Assembly: GCA_030594675.1 (NCBI GenBank)
Contig: JAUVES010000002.1
Location: forward strand, 1 to 34,645
Length of the DNA: 34,645 bases
Direction: 5' to 3'
Origin: Candidatus Nanohaloarchaea archaeon
Lineage (GTDB): Archaea > EX4484-52 > GLR71
Below the pieces are notes generated by a model. That model had not been told where the DNA came from. It did no database searches and was given only the letters and a program-made list of their open reading frames with translations. This document shows positions 19,401-24,834 of this stretch, in pieces. Each line of letters opens with the position of its first letter. Within the stretch, counting starts at the first letter, position 1. A program made the position numbers and the translations under genes.

Positions 19401-22400
19401 CCAATAGCATAACCATCTTCGCCTTCGGTTTTGAGTGTGTTGTTGGCAATTACATTGTAACTGCTTGATAAAACAAGATTGATTGCATCAGTACCGATAC
19501 CTTTCGCTACAATAGTGTTGTTTGAGGCGGTGTTTAAATTGCTTGATGACTTAAAACGTATTCCGCAACTCCATTGTCCCAATGTTGTAATACTGTTATT
19601 TGTTATATTGCTATTTTCCGTCTCTAATGTATAAATCGCATACGCATTTGAAGATGTTCCTCCCTGGACAATGTTCAGGTTCTTGATTGTGATGTTGTCA
19701 TAGCCTCCGGAGTCATATATTGCATAGCCAACTGCAGATTGCGAATAGTTTATCGTATAGCCATCACCGTCAAGAGTTATATTATCAGCAGCAATCGTAA
19801 AACAAGTACCTGTCGATGAGACATTATTCAATAGCTTATAATAACCGTTTTCTACTGATAGTGTCTGGCAAGAGACCACACCATAAGGAAGTGTACTATT
19901 CACTGTAAAATACATCATATCTGTTGAATTCATATTCCCGAAAGTGTCATTGCAGTAAAAGGTAACATTGTGAGACCCTTCACTAACTGTTGTCAGGTTG
20001 TTCCAGTTGCCTGAGGAGTATGTCATTGTTGCGTTTGCCACACCATCCAGAGAATAGCCGCACCACGACCCCTCCTCATTCAGTGTGGCATTGAACCAGA
20101 TAGACTGTGTGTAGTATGTTTCATTTTCCGGAGACTGCGAAGTAACTATAATATTTGGCAGCGAACCGACCTTTACCTGCACAAAATCAACTTCACAACC
20201 TTCCCCGCTACCCATGGTATCGCCTTCTGACATGAGTACAAGCTGCTTGTTTCCGCCAACTATATTAGAAATGCCATCTGTATAAACTACATTCGCAGTA
20301 ACATACCCTGCACCGAAATCAGCATCTGTAGCATAGAATCGCTCCCATGATGATGAGCTATAATTCCATATGATTGCAGCGCAGTCCTCACCTGCTTTAT
20401 CTCCTGTAGAACGGTGCTTCATCGATATATAGCCCCACTCTATCAAATCAGCACCCAGGTCAGTTGTAAAATTGAACCTGAAAAATGGCTCATCATTTGA
20501 TGTGCCGCTTGTTGTGTTGGCAGGCTGGTTATCATCTGAAGACAGCCATGTGTATTCCTGTAAGCTTACTAATGAACCTGTCCAGCCGTCTCCGCTTGCT
20601 GGCGGCTGTAAAAGCCCGCCCTGGGTCTCATCCTTGTATGCCTTGTTGCCTGAAGTGTCAGAAAAGTTGTAGTAAAAAACACGCTGCACAGATGAGGCCT
20701 TAACCACTGATATTTCAGTGTTTCCATTAAGGAGAATAGTAAATGCAGAAAGAGCTCCATTAGAATCTGTAACCAGCGTGTAAGAGTTTGTCTGGCCGCT
20801 CCCTAATGTGTTATAGACCTTGTATATTGTGGTTGGTGACAGGCCTTCAAGAGTGTACTCTGTTGTTATTCCGGATGTCGAATTTGTATCATTCCATTTT
20901 ACTTCTGATTCAGACCATGTGACAAGAGTCCTGTTTATTAAGCTTGCTGCCGAAACCTTTGTCTTGAGCCAGATATTGCCGTCAGTTTCGTTGTTGTAGA
21001 TGAACTGATAAGTTGCGCCATTGATGTAGATGCTTCTTTGTGCGGTGAAATTTGTGTTTCTGAAATTATTTGGAGTGTCATAAAGATAATAGTCGTAACT
21101 TTGCAGGGACCTGATTGACCCGCCTGTGAAATTATTTGAACTTCCAGTTACCATATTAACGCCGTAAGTCTGGGCACCTGTTCCCAATATGCTATTATTT
21201 ATCAAAACATTGTCGTATGAACCTCCATTAAAATAAGTAGCATCACTTAGGTCGCCTGTCGATACTATGTTGTTGTTTATGATAATGTTCCAATCGGCAG
21301 CTTCAAATACTATGCCGTCACCGACAGCGGTGATATTGTTTCCAGAGGCATTTACATTATATGCTGAATCAAGATATAGTCCTGATCCTGATGATGTGAT
21401 TGAGTTATTTGAAACCACCGTAAAAATCCAATTTAAATTAATGTATATGCCAATACTAGAGTCATAAGTAGTAATATTATTTTTAGTTATATTATTTCTA
21501 TACGATCCAAAATCATAAATTGCATGGGCATATTTTCCGTAAGTGATTATAGTATTATTTGTTGTGCTTGTATTTTCGGCAACAATATCTATACCTCTGC
21601 CCCAATCTCCATATGTCGTGATGGTGTTATTTGATATCAGGTTCCTGTAGTTGAATGGGGCCTGGATTCTGATGCCATAGCTGTAATTCCCTATTGTCGT
21701 AATGTTGTTGTTGGTGAATATGCTGTCTTCTGTCCCTTTTGCAATGATTGCATATGAAGAATCATTCGCAAATCCCTGCACGAGATTCAGGTTCTTTACA
21801 GTGAGGTTGTCATAGCCTGCCGTATTGTTTATCCCGTAGCCAACAACTGACTGTGAGTAGTTTATAGTATACCCTTGGCCATCGATGGTGATGTTGTCTG
21901 CGGCTATCGTGAAGCAGGTTCCGGAGGAGGAGACATTGCCTACTAATTTGTATGTTCCGTTTTCTATTGTTAGATTCCTGCATGTATCTACATCATACAG
22001 GGATGCTTCTATTAATAAAAGACCTGTGTAATTTGTTACCCCCCCGCAATCGTTTTCAGTATGGCTCACAATTGGGTGTATTGATACCCGGCTCCCCGAA
22101 TATCCTGAAATTCTCGGAAAATATGATATGCTATCATCCGGACATCCTGTACAAGCATCATCTTTAACTATTCCACTCCACGAATATTCTGTCCCATTTT
22201 CAACAAAGCCCATTCTATACACATTAATCGGCGCTCCTGCTGCAAAAGGTTTTGTATCTGCCTGTCCAATATAAACAGGACTTCCACTAATATTTACATC
22301 TGTTCCTCCAGCACTACCACAGACATAATCATAAAACATGAAATAAACATAACCTGACTTTGTTGCATTCCATGTTATGTTTACATCATAAACCATGTAA

Positions 22401-22528
22401 TACCCTTCGGATATAAAAGTTACATTGTCTAATACGTCAGCATCAATATCATCAACATCTGCACTTGCTGTTGAACATAAAAAAATAAATGAAAACAACA
22501 ACAAAACAAAAAAACTCAATACTTTCAT
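7490..22528 (-). CDS. Giant secreted mosaic surface protein, 5,012 aa (beta-helix, Ig-like, LamG, beta-propeller, DUF2341, Gly-rich modules)
   Basis: Uninterrupted 15,039-nt ORF with ATG at 22528 and a Sec-type signal peptide. Recognisable modules are listed as separate features below. N-x-S/T sequons are very dense. There is no C-terminal TM helix, PGF-CTERM-like or other anchor motif that I recognise. All plus-strand ORFs inside it look like antisense artefacts. Confidence 0.9.
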   Translation of the reverse strand: MKVLSFFVLLLFSFIFLCSTASADVDDIDADVLDNVTFISEGYYMVYDVNITWNATKSGYVYFMFYDYVCGSAGGTDVNISGSPVYIGQADTKPFAAGAPINVYRMGFVENGTEYSWSGIVKDDACTGCPDDSISYFPRISGYSGSRVSIHPIVSHTENDCGGVTNYTGLLLIEASLYDVDTCRNLTIENGTYKLVGNVSSSGTCFTIAADNITIDGQGYTINYSQSVVGYGINNTAGYDNLTVKNLNLVQGFANDSSYAIIAKGTEDSIFTNNNITTIGNYSYGIRIQAPFNYRNLISNNTITTYGDWGRGIDIVAENTSTTNNTIITYGKYAHAIYDFGSYRNNITKNNITTYDSSIGIYINLNWIFTVVSNNSITSSGSGLYLDSAYNVNASGNNITAVGDGIVFEAADWNIIINNNIVSTGDLSDATYFNGGSYDNVLINNSILGTGAQTYGVNMVTGSSNNFTGGSIRSLQSYDYYLYDTPNNFRNTNFTAQRSIYINGATYQFIYNNETDGNIWLKTKVSAASLINRTLVTWSESEVKWNDTNSTSGITTEYTLEGLSPTTIYKVYNTLGSGQTNSYTLVTDSNGALSAFTILLNGNTEISVVKASSVQRVFYYNFSDTSGNKAYKDETQGGLLQPPASGDGWTGSLVSLQEYTWLSSDDNQPANTTSGTSNDEPFFRFNFTTDLGADLIEWGYISMKHRSTGDKAGEDCAAIIWNYSSSSWERFYATDADFGAGYVTANVVYTDGISNIVGGNKQLVLMSEGDTMGSGEGCEVDFVQVKVGSLPNIIVTSQSPENETYYTQSIWFNATLNEEGSWCGYSLDGVANATMTYSSGNWNNLTTVSEGSHNVTFYCNDTFGNMNSTDMMYFTVNSTLPYGVVSCQTLSVENGYYKLLNNVSSTGTCFTIAADNITLDGDGYTINYSQSAVGYAIYDSGGYDNITIKNLNIVQGGTSSNAYAIYTLETENSNITNNSITTLGQWSCGIRFKSSSNLNTASNNTIVAKGIGTDAINLVLSSSYNVIANNTLKTEGEDGYAIGMYSSSCNYNTISNNNITASGDDGYGVYLSGWSNVNNILNNNISAEYCIYFYQSHSNIISNNIITSPYIGIFFEEGYYTTISYNSIISKWQSLLLYNSRTNVISDNNLTTTNSSATIELWYGHYNTILNNTITNTGGGLAMDFDASDVNTISDNTIATTSSGSLRAILVSAFYADEYSDYNNISGNIITTTGNNTRAFQIDNGRYNIVSDNNITTSNTSSKGIYLTGEDCYSNTIADNNVVTENTSSYGVHIYLAISNNITGGSIISKQGYDYYLRDAGATNKFVNTNFTALRKIYFYDNTSWFVYNNETGGDLWLKTSVSAASSLNRTLSNWTEIQMMWNDTNSTQGINVTYNVTGLRTSTSYLITNTTDATSTSQELQTDSDGKISFTISLDGNTQVMVELVDTTAPTYSLNSTNSTEAGTPIEFRLKWHDMLNATTQGNVSGYIFSWCNGVNQTYLNQTNDLETEERQYKGKLKLNDSVTFDDGAIPPLDWSMGGDINPAWQSTAPGYSGAYAAESNALINDSQDVWIKTNNMFYPTTGEISFWWNVSSESGFDYFGFCIDKNYGEGGCTWGSGTGLISGTVAWQKRTYTIFAGHHFFTWFYVKDGSLTEGADKGIIDEIKFISDEYPDTEADKYYVTYDNILTGDLLEQMNITVTINVSYYNNSGSANNGNNNPDLWLEMYTGSEWIGIGNMSIIGTGNFSKSTQNPTIANAWSNAANRNVRIKGKYFDYNSSSLYDQIDYTDVWVRIESEQEFFNDTWVQFPNAPVNESWSNVTKKVNSTVGATIKWKVYANDTSHNLNASDIYSFVTIDTLLPTITLDSSENNTYFSYVPYFNGTCTDNSGISRIWTNLSEYPAQYTTSPFSFTNDSVLTEGRYDVNITCNDSVDNQNSIAFWFTYDATQPNITFVPPTEDNSTLILTNHTYVNVSISDTGSPNNLTAFIDWNNSLVGWWRFNEETGENSTFFKDWSSYGNNGTCSGTICPDYTTGMFGKSLLFDGTNDYITIPDSNSLDLTNSFTIEGWFKPAETYSNISDYYQGLIDKGSYQLFLDKDGKLKFYLGSDSAKSWNALGSGMNDHVRSFAVWNGELYAGGYFTTAGGNPASKIAKWNGTGWSALGSGTNGAVFALAVWNGELYAGGYFWTAGGNTVDYIAKWNGTDWSPLGSGMGDGVHSLAVWDGELYAGGLFTTAGGNSADYIAKWNGTDWSALGSGVGNDVYSLAVWDGELYAGGDFITAGGNSADYIAKWNGTDWSALGSGVGNDVYSLAVWDGELYAGGWFTTAGGNSANYTAKWNGTDWSALGSGTSSDVFLLAVYNGELYAGGWFTTAGGSSANYTAKWNGTDWSPLGLGVTAFVNAFAVWNGELYVGGEFTTAGGNTANKTAKWSSGNEKVVSSATDSWSSDWKHFAITYDNSSLKMYIDSVLQSTQPASITPQVNTINLHIGDTYGSREGAYSGSGPEQFNGTIDEVRIHNRTLSPEEINASYNTGLYRVYHNFTNLSDGTYTYIAYAQDLAGNVNQTETRTLMIGDDTTYPQYSLNQTNSTEAGKDVLFSLYWEDNYALAGYIFSFDNGTGTFYNDSYAAMIGTESWSNVTKTVNSSIGSTIRWIVYANDTAGNMNTSEIFSFIITSSGDSTPPTITIESPENKSYNTQSIWFNATVADASGVDWCGYSLDGAENITMINSSGNWNNLSTVSEGSHNVTFSCNDTVGNMNSTTQYFTVDITQPFVEIILPENTTYPTTALDLNYTATDPYIDSVWYEYNSINTTLSGNTTFTAIDNQQSTLTLYANDTAGNQNQTSIAFTVDTIPPTIEFVPPTDTDNDYVNRNYSYVNVSVSDVLSPNNLTSFIDWNRSLVGWWRFNEETGENSTFFRDWSSWGNNGSCTGVNCSNYTDSGKFGKGMMFDGVNDYVRITDSSSLSPTDKISIEAWINPIENVMLGIVEKQNGSNNAYGFNYLNDYKLGFQINWGFPSVIACLSDTGSVNLNEWTHVVATYDLHLASDNMKVYVNGILNASCNYNNQIETLSNGYFDIGVNAGGGDEHFNGTIDEVKIYNRVLTPQEINASYNTGLYRLETNFTNLAEGTYTYTAYAQDLAGNVNQTDTRTITIDTTNPDIYFVPPTPDDGNTTSNDYTYINVTANDTNNITAFIDWNNSLVGWWRFNLEAGENDTFARDWSTYGNNGTLTNMNPGLDNCTGNCSGWTTSGKFGKALRFDGMNDYVDCGNDVSLNITDAITIEAWVKANADNNLRVASKHSGGGNYGWMLARGASSDNVEWRISTDGSDWNGGISNSDSFLVGNWYHIVASYDGSYMRVYINGAENTRDFPYSLTGNINIAPVTTKIGRDEYWQCGSSTCFNGTIDEVRIWNRALSPEEINASYNTGLYRLYHNFTDLEDGTYTYTAYAQDLAGNVNQTETRTITSTNIILTESLTQTLVIPGDSVTVIGHATYTADGTPVANNNMNLFLDGQAVSVINPGNYTPAGESQALWPYRKAITINGSTTEQTDYQVLVTLTSLNFNFLKANSDGNDTRFTSLNTISGIEQNISFWIEKWTANNALIWVKVPSIADNGNTTLYMYYGNPSASSSSNGTATFKFFDDFEGGTLNAWQQVGKGVIDSTYVRGGSYSMKVQGLDSCDVSESERAISNNFTSTHSLVFDYWFQGRVAAGNQPYSYLFEDSNNFVKFEVDTQPHAVMYTRFGVTEGGSSIGWTSDAGNFPANTWHHAKTIVSGTNIKWYFDTVDATTLRGEMTNAAIANLDFINVHLIGRCSSGYYDDVRVRKYTSIEPTVILVGAEQNAIITNSTGGYSYTFIAPVIVGNYTLKVNLTDSNNIIGSNETNFTVIINLQSPNAKGVNTGTSSVNVGETVNISVNIPLSNIKYPTVNISQVWTNVSNSSESYIYFLSGDVSGGTWYDDTFSSLALGQYNVSFYANLTDGFNTATIINTTFAVKQIEITETLTPLIVNSGENVTVFGQAMLQPDNTNIVNNSINIFLDGQLVNVINPGNYTPAGESQALWPYRKAIIINGSTTEQTDYQVLVNLTSLNFNFTKANSNGNDTRFTSLNTISGIEQNISFWIENWTANNALIWVKVPSIADNGNMTLYMYYGNPEAPSLSDYFNVMDFYGDGSSGPLTVSYANTVINTYTYLTGNENTGDNIIAVNSGTAFSDGDEILIIQMQNSSGGAAGTYEFKKIDSGGGTTTLTLDTSLKNNYTSGTFDSTTSTVTQVVRVPQYTSVTVDSWASITAPAWDGYKGGIVVFRANGIVNIQGTINVTAKGYRGGVGGTWGSWPGNAVGIQGESYQGKGTANRFVNLGGGGGGQQISSPRNDRAGGGGGGHGTTGSDGTAQSVSEYRGRGGTTYGSSDLSTTFLGSGGGGGSNGGPTAFGGAGGGIVMVYSSLVTGSITAKGGDWVSGGEGQAGGAGGSIFMTANNISSLTTNTSYGLGQPVACCGESGGNGGYGRIRLSAYSISESSTPSAYTQGFDTEHNRKYTVPEPTILSVGAEQNAAVTNSTGGYNYTFIAPQTAGIHTVKINLTNANGIYAENTTNFTVLSDDSTPPTIIIQSPENKSYNTTSTWFNITLDEAGDWCGYSLDGTANVTMTNSSGNWNNLSIVSEGSHNVTFFCNDTLGNMNSTTKYFTVDITKPTITIFEPTSTTTDDNTPHINATQSDLYPDSMWYAIDGGTNITGAWTTAIDANTTILSESTHYITVYANDTAGNMNSTTIYFEVDALAPQITIIYPPTEMHGGDTWFNSSLDQRVSWCGYSLDGAQNITMANDTQLDYYRFVFGISRGSHSVVFWCNNTFGVYASKTRNFEITSGFVVVKFVGSGFSPVEDTAAKYVATNFAGGTLAGLIHAGGTFNNVSSGANYMALTQGILAEGKSAKAYVVYSKGDISSIERRIPYIQSGEIEKMPNPSFGFGIDKIYRIQTGLEYNNINFNNKEKMGEGQHMVVVHNWGEDENNKHLIGVWEK
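9010..9590 (-). other. Polyglycine-rich domain
   Basis: KGYRGGVGGTWGSWPGNAVGIQGESYQGKGTANRFVNLGGGGGGQQISSPRNDRAGGGGGGHGTTGSDG...LGSGGGGGSNGGPTAFGGAGGGIVMVYSS...GGEGQAGGAGGSIFMT...CCGESGGNGGYGRIRLSAY. On the plus strand it appears as C-rich runs (ccgccgcc, ccaccgcccccccc). Confidence 0.6.
10093..10408 (-). repeat. DUF2341 cassette, copy B
   Basis: Same as copy A. The plus-strand artefact ORFs 10113-10304 and 11691-11882 translate almost identically, which independently shows the duplication. Confidence 0.85.
11671..11986 (-). repeat. DUF2341 cassette, copy A (316-nt near-identical intragenic repeat)
   Basis: Encodes INPGNYTPAGESQALWPYRKAITINGSTTEQTDYQVLV...DTRFTSLNTISGIEQNISFWIEKWTANNALIWVKVPSIADNGNTTLYMYYGN. 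It matches 10093-10408 with about 11 mismatches in 316 nt (hand alignment) at an in-frame offset of 1,578 nt. Confidence 0.85.
12250..12950 (-). other. LamG/ConA-like domain 3
   Basis: LVGWWRFNLEAGENDTFARDWSTYGNNGTLTN...FGKALRFDGMNDYVDCGND...ITIEAWVKA...WYHIVASYDGSYMRVYINGA...FNGTIDEVRIWNRALSPEEINASYNTG. Confidence 0.7.
13190..13850 (-). other. LamG/ConA-like domain 2
   Basis: LVGWWRFNEETGENSTFFRDWSSWGNNGSCTG...FGKGMMFDGVNDYVRITD...ISIEAWINP...WTHVVATYD...MKVYVNG...FNGTIDEVKIYNRVLTPQEINASYNTG. Confidence 0.7.
14930..16560 (-). other. LamG/ConA-like domain 1, interrupted by the propeller insertion
   Basis: The N-part is LVGWWRFNEETGENSTFFKDWSSYGNNGTCSG...FGKSLLFDGTNDYITIPDSNSLDL...FTIEGWFKP. 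The C-part is WKHFAITYDNSSLKMYIDSV...FNGTIDEVRIHNRTLSPEEINASYNTG. Both align to the uninterrupted domains 2 and 3. Confidence 0.7.
15239..16195 (-). repeat. Seven tandem 138-nt (46-aa) coding repeats = predicted 7-bladed beta-propeller
   Basis: The consensus unit is KWNGTDWSALGSGxxxxVxxLAVWxGELYAGGxFTTAGGNxAxYIA, seven times. Units at 15573-15710 and 15711-15848 differ at about 10 of 138 positions in my hand alignment. Confidence 0.8.
18420..19875 (-). other. Right-handed parallel beta-helix module 2 (longer paralogue of module 1)
   Basis: CQTLSVENGYYKLLNNVSSTGTCFTIAADNITLDGDGYTINYSQSAVGYAI..., followed by more turns than module 1. It ends with the same cap, NTNFTALRKIYF...NNETGGDLWLKTSVSAAS. 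Confidence 0.7.
20930..21985 (-). other. Right-handed parallel beta-helix (PbH1/NosD-like) module 1
   Basis: CRNLTIENGTYKLVGNVSSSGTCFTIAADNITIDGQGYTINYSQSVVGYGI..., followed by many ~22-aa N-N-I/T-rich turns (NNNITT, NNTITT, KNNITT, NNSITS, GNNITA). It ends with NTNFTAQRSIYI...NNETDGNIWLKTKVSAAS. Confidence 0.7.
22460..22528 (-). other. Sec-type signal peptide of the giant protein
   Basis: MKVLSFFVLLLFSFIFLCSTASA|DV: one Lys, a hydrophobic core and an AxA-type cleavage motif. It is not a class III (pilin) signal. Confidence 0.7.
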
Positions 22529-22552
22529 ATCATAAACTATGCATATTAGTCG

Positions 22553-22558
22553 TATAAA
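22553..22558 (-). promoter_or_regulatory. Putative TATA box of the giant gene
   Basis: The minus strand reads TTTATA about 28 nt upstream of ATG 22528, which would imply a leaderless or very short-leader mRNA. It sits in a 132-nt AT-rich gap after the last pilin gene. Confidence 0.3.
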
Positions 22559-22660
22559 TAACTTAGCGGGAATAGTAGCAGTTCTGCGCAGATCAAGACA
22601 TACTATATAAATATTTTATTCAAAAGTCTAAACAATATATTTTTTCAACATCGTTAACAA

Positions 22661-23128
22661 TTAGTTTACTTCCGTCCCTTCAATTGTAAACGATATAGTC
22701 GGGCATTCTGTGGGGATTATACGCACAGCAGATATAGTGTCGATTGTGTCTGTGTCAATCTGCAATGACACAGGCAGCTCATCACCCGCATATAGCGTGT
22801 ATTTGTTTGTGAACATCGTAGAATTTGAATTTGCGGCTATTACGCGGATTTTCTCAACAGTCAGTGTGCGCGTTCCTGTGTTTTTAAGGTTGAATTTAAG
22901 CTTTTCTGTGCCTGATGAATTAAAATATATGTTTCTTGCATCTATACTTGCATATACACAACCCGGATCTGAATTGTTAACGGCATTTTCTGTTTGTGTT
23001 TTTGCAGTCTGGCTCATCCAAGAGGATACAAAACCTGCAATCGCTATGGTGAATGCAATCATAAGAATACTTGCAAGTATTGGAGAAATTCCTTTTTTTT
23101 TGCAAAATGAAACCATACGGAAAACCAT
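22661..23128 (-). CDS. Archaeal type IV pilin-like protein (155 aa)
   Basis: The N-terminus MVFRMVSFCKKKG|ISPILASILMIAFTIAIAGFVSSW is a class III signal: a basic stretch, Gly, then a ~20-aa hydrophobic helix. ATG 23128 overlaps the upstream TAA (TAATG). The ATG at 23116 is an alternative start. Confidence 0.8.
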   Translation of the reverse strand: MVFRMVSFCKKKGISPILASILMIAFTIAIAGFVSSWMSQTAKTQTENAVNNSDPGCVYASIDARNIYFNSSGTEKLKFNLKNTGTRTLTVEKIRVIAANSNSTMFTNKYTLYAGDELPVSLQIDTDTIDTISAVRIIPTECPTISFTIEGTEVN

Positions 23129-23634
23129 TAAATCGGACCGTTTAAGTCTAAATTCTCACTTCCGGCAAGTGAGGACCAGCCGCTTACCGGCTTCCAGACG
23201 GTTGTTGATACAGCTTCGCAGCGGGTTGTAAATTTTATCTGTGTTAATTCCCCGCCGCCTGCAAGTGGAATAGAAAGATTCAGGTTAACATCCACACCGC
23301 TTTCCTTTGGTAGTGTGCCATTCATTTTATATGGCTTTATCGGCGTGTCGTCGACCCATACCTGAAAACCGGTAAGTGCCACATCAACAGAACCGGTATT
23401 AACGATATAATCCTGAAAAATCTTGGTTGACATGTTAATGCGTGCAAAATCGGGATCCGCACGGATGCTTTGATAAACACAATCTATTTTTTCCTCAAAT
23501 ACTTGTGTTTTTTCTTTTTGGTCTGTTGTAAAATTAGATATCCATGTAGTGAGAATGGCTGCAACCGCCATAGTAAATGCAATCAAAAGAACTGCCGCAA
23601 TTAAGGGGCTTATACCTTTTCTTGTTAGTCTCAT
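23128..23634 (-). CDS. Archaeal type IV pilin-like protein (168 aa)
   Basis: I moved the start to ATG 23634, giving MRLTRKG|ISPLIAAVLLIAFTMAVAAILTTWISNF. The longer track ORF adds 14 unlikely residues. Confidence 0.8.
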   Translation of the reverse strand: MRLTRKGISPLIAAVLLIAFTMAVAAILTTWISNFTTDQKEKTQVFEEKIDCVYQSIRADPDFARINMSTKIFQDYIVNTGSVDVALTGFQVWVDDTPIKPYKMNGTLPKESGVDVNLNLSIPLAGGGELTQIKFTTRCEAVSTTVWKPVSGWSSLAGSENLDLNGPI

Positions 23635-23700
23635 AATAATCACTCCGTGTATTAAAGTATATATGACCATACCCAATATATAAAGATTATTGATAATCGG

Positions 23701-24174
23701 CTAACTGCTTCTACAGCCATTTGTTGTGTTTTCGAGATTATTGTTAAATCGTATTATTACATTTTTACATACTGAGACAACATCTGCAAGCAAAAAGTCA
23801 TCACAATTATTGAATATATTGCATGTATTGTTTTTCGCGGTTGCAAAATCACCAACATCAAGCATTGAATCATCAAAATCAAGGTTGCATGGATCGTAAT
23901 TTTTATTATATATTGATGCTTCTGTGAGGTTTATCGAGACATCTCCTGTGTTTTGTATGGTTATTGCGGCGCTTTCTCCAAATACAATACCCACAGAAAT
24001 GATTTCTGCCCGCGCTGTTGAGCATATATTTCTTGTATCGTCCATATGGCCTGTTTTTTCCATGTTTGTATTTGCAAGCGGCGAGACCCAATTCATGACC
24101 ATAACAGAAATGCCTATGCTGAATGTTATCAACAGGATTGCAGCAATTAAAGGGGATACGGCTTTTTTTTTCAT
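23701..24174 (-). CDS. Archaeal type IV pilin-like protein (157 aa)
   Basis: MKKKA|VSPLIAAILLITFSIGISVMVMNWVSP, with a Cys-rich C-terminal domain. Confidence 0.8.
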   Translation of the reverse strand: MKKKAVSPLIAAILLITFSIGISVMVMNWVSPLANTNMEKTGHMDDTRNICSTARAEIISVGIVFGESAAITIQNTGDVSINLTEASIYNKNYDPCNLDFDDSMLDVGDFATAKNNTCNIFNNCDDFLLADVVSVCKNVIIRFNNNLENTTNGCRSS

Positions 24175-24204
24175 AGGATATAATTAACACTTGGAGCATA
24201 TAAA

Positions 24205-24227
24205 ATTAAAGAAAAAAAGAAAAAGAA
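24205..24227 (-). terminator. Oligo-T tract downstream of the first pilin gene
   Basis: The minus strand reads CTTCTTTTTCTTTTTTTCTTTAATTTT immediately after the stop at 24234, as expected for an archaeal oligo-T terminator or attenuator. Confidence 0.35.
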
Positions 24228-24233
24228 GTGGAT

Positions 24234-24704
24234 TTAACAAGATGTGTTTGTGCTTGTCCACTCGTCGTAGATTCCACCACAGGTGGTTGTTACTCTTGCC
24301 CTGCATACACCGCCGGACCAGTCAGGATTTACCGCAGTACAGTTTACAGGACCAAATGCCTCAAAGTCACCAACTTCAAGTGTTTGCTCAGTTGAGGATA
24401 TTTCACACGCAGCATTGGCGCTGTCAAAAGCAATAACCTTTTTTATGGTTGTATTCATCTGCCCGTTATTTTCAACATAAACGGTTACATTAAGATTACC
24501 TATTGTTGTAACCCCTGAGCTTGCAGGAATCTTAACAGTCTGCTTTGAACACGCTATTACTGTATCTGTGTTTGATGAAGCGCCTGCTGTTGTGTCTTTA
24601 GTGTATGTGTTCATCCAACTCATTATCATTGTTGATACTGCAACCGTAAACACGATTAAAAGTACAACCGCAATGAGAGGACTTACAGCTTTTCTTTTTG
24701 TCAT
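24234..24704 (-). CDS. Archaeal type IV pilin-like protein (156 aa), candidate major pilin
   Basis: MTKRKA|VSPLIAVVLLIVFTVAVSTMIMSWMNTYTK. GGGAGGT lies 8 nt upstream of the ATG, with its own TATA-like box upstream and a T-tract downstream. The C-terminal domain has paired Cys residues and ends in Cys. Confidence 0.8.
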   Translation of the reverse strand: MTKRKAVSPLIAVVLLIVFTVAVSTMIMSWMNTYTKDTTAGASSNTDTVIACSKQTVKIPASSGVTTIGNLNVTVYVENNGQMNTTIKKVIAFDSANAACEISSTEQTLEVGDFEAFGPVNCTAVNPDWSGGVCRARVTTTCGGIYDEWTSTNTSC

Positions 24705-24759
24705 AATTTTTACCTCCCTTTAATTAATGATGACATATTGTTATTTATGAAGACACACC

Positions 24760-24769
24760 ATATATAAAA
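24760..24769 (-). promoter_or_regulatory. Putative TATA box for the pilin gene 24234-24704
   Basis: The minus strand reads TTTTATATAT about 60 nt upstream of ATG 24704, inside a 130-nt gap. This is compatible with a ~30-nt leader containing the Shine-Dalgarno sequence. Confidence 0.4.
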
Positions 24770-24834
24770 CTTTTGTTTTTTGTAGGGTATTTAAGAAACT
24801 ACCGTTGTGTTTTCAATAACAGTGTGCGAATGCA

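Noticed and set aside
7518-22167. About 40 plus-strand ORFs (60-130 aa) and a few alternative-frame minus-strand ORFs inside the giant gene (for example 8292-8639, 10113-10304, 11691-11882, 14187-14384, 16180-16566)
   Set aside because: All are embedded in a 15-kb ORF with coherent domain structure. Their near-identical pairs simply mirror the coding repeats on the other strand. None has start signals or recognisable motifs.
22460-22528. Lipoprotein lipobox in the giant protein signal peptide (IFLC)
   Set aside because: The residue before Cys is Leu rather than Gly, Ala or Ser, and a good ASA|D signal-peptidase I-type site follows. A lipobox is not supported.
23906-24199. 97-aa minus-strand ORF, and the plus-strand ORFs 23924-24187, 24191-24436 and 24283-24480
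   Set aside because: They are alternative-frame or antisense overlaps of two clear pilin genes and have no independent support.
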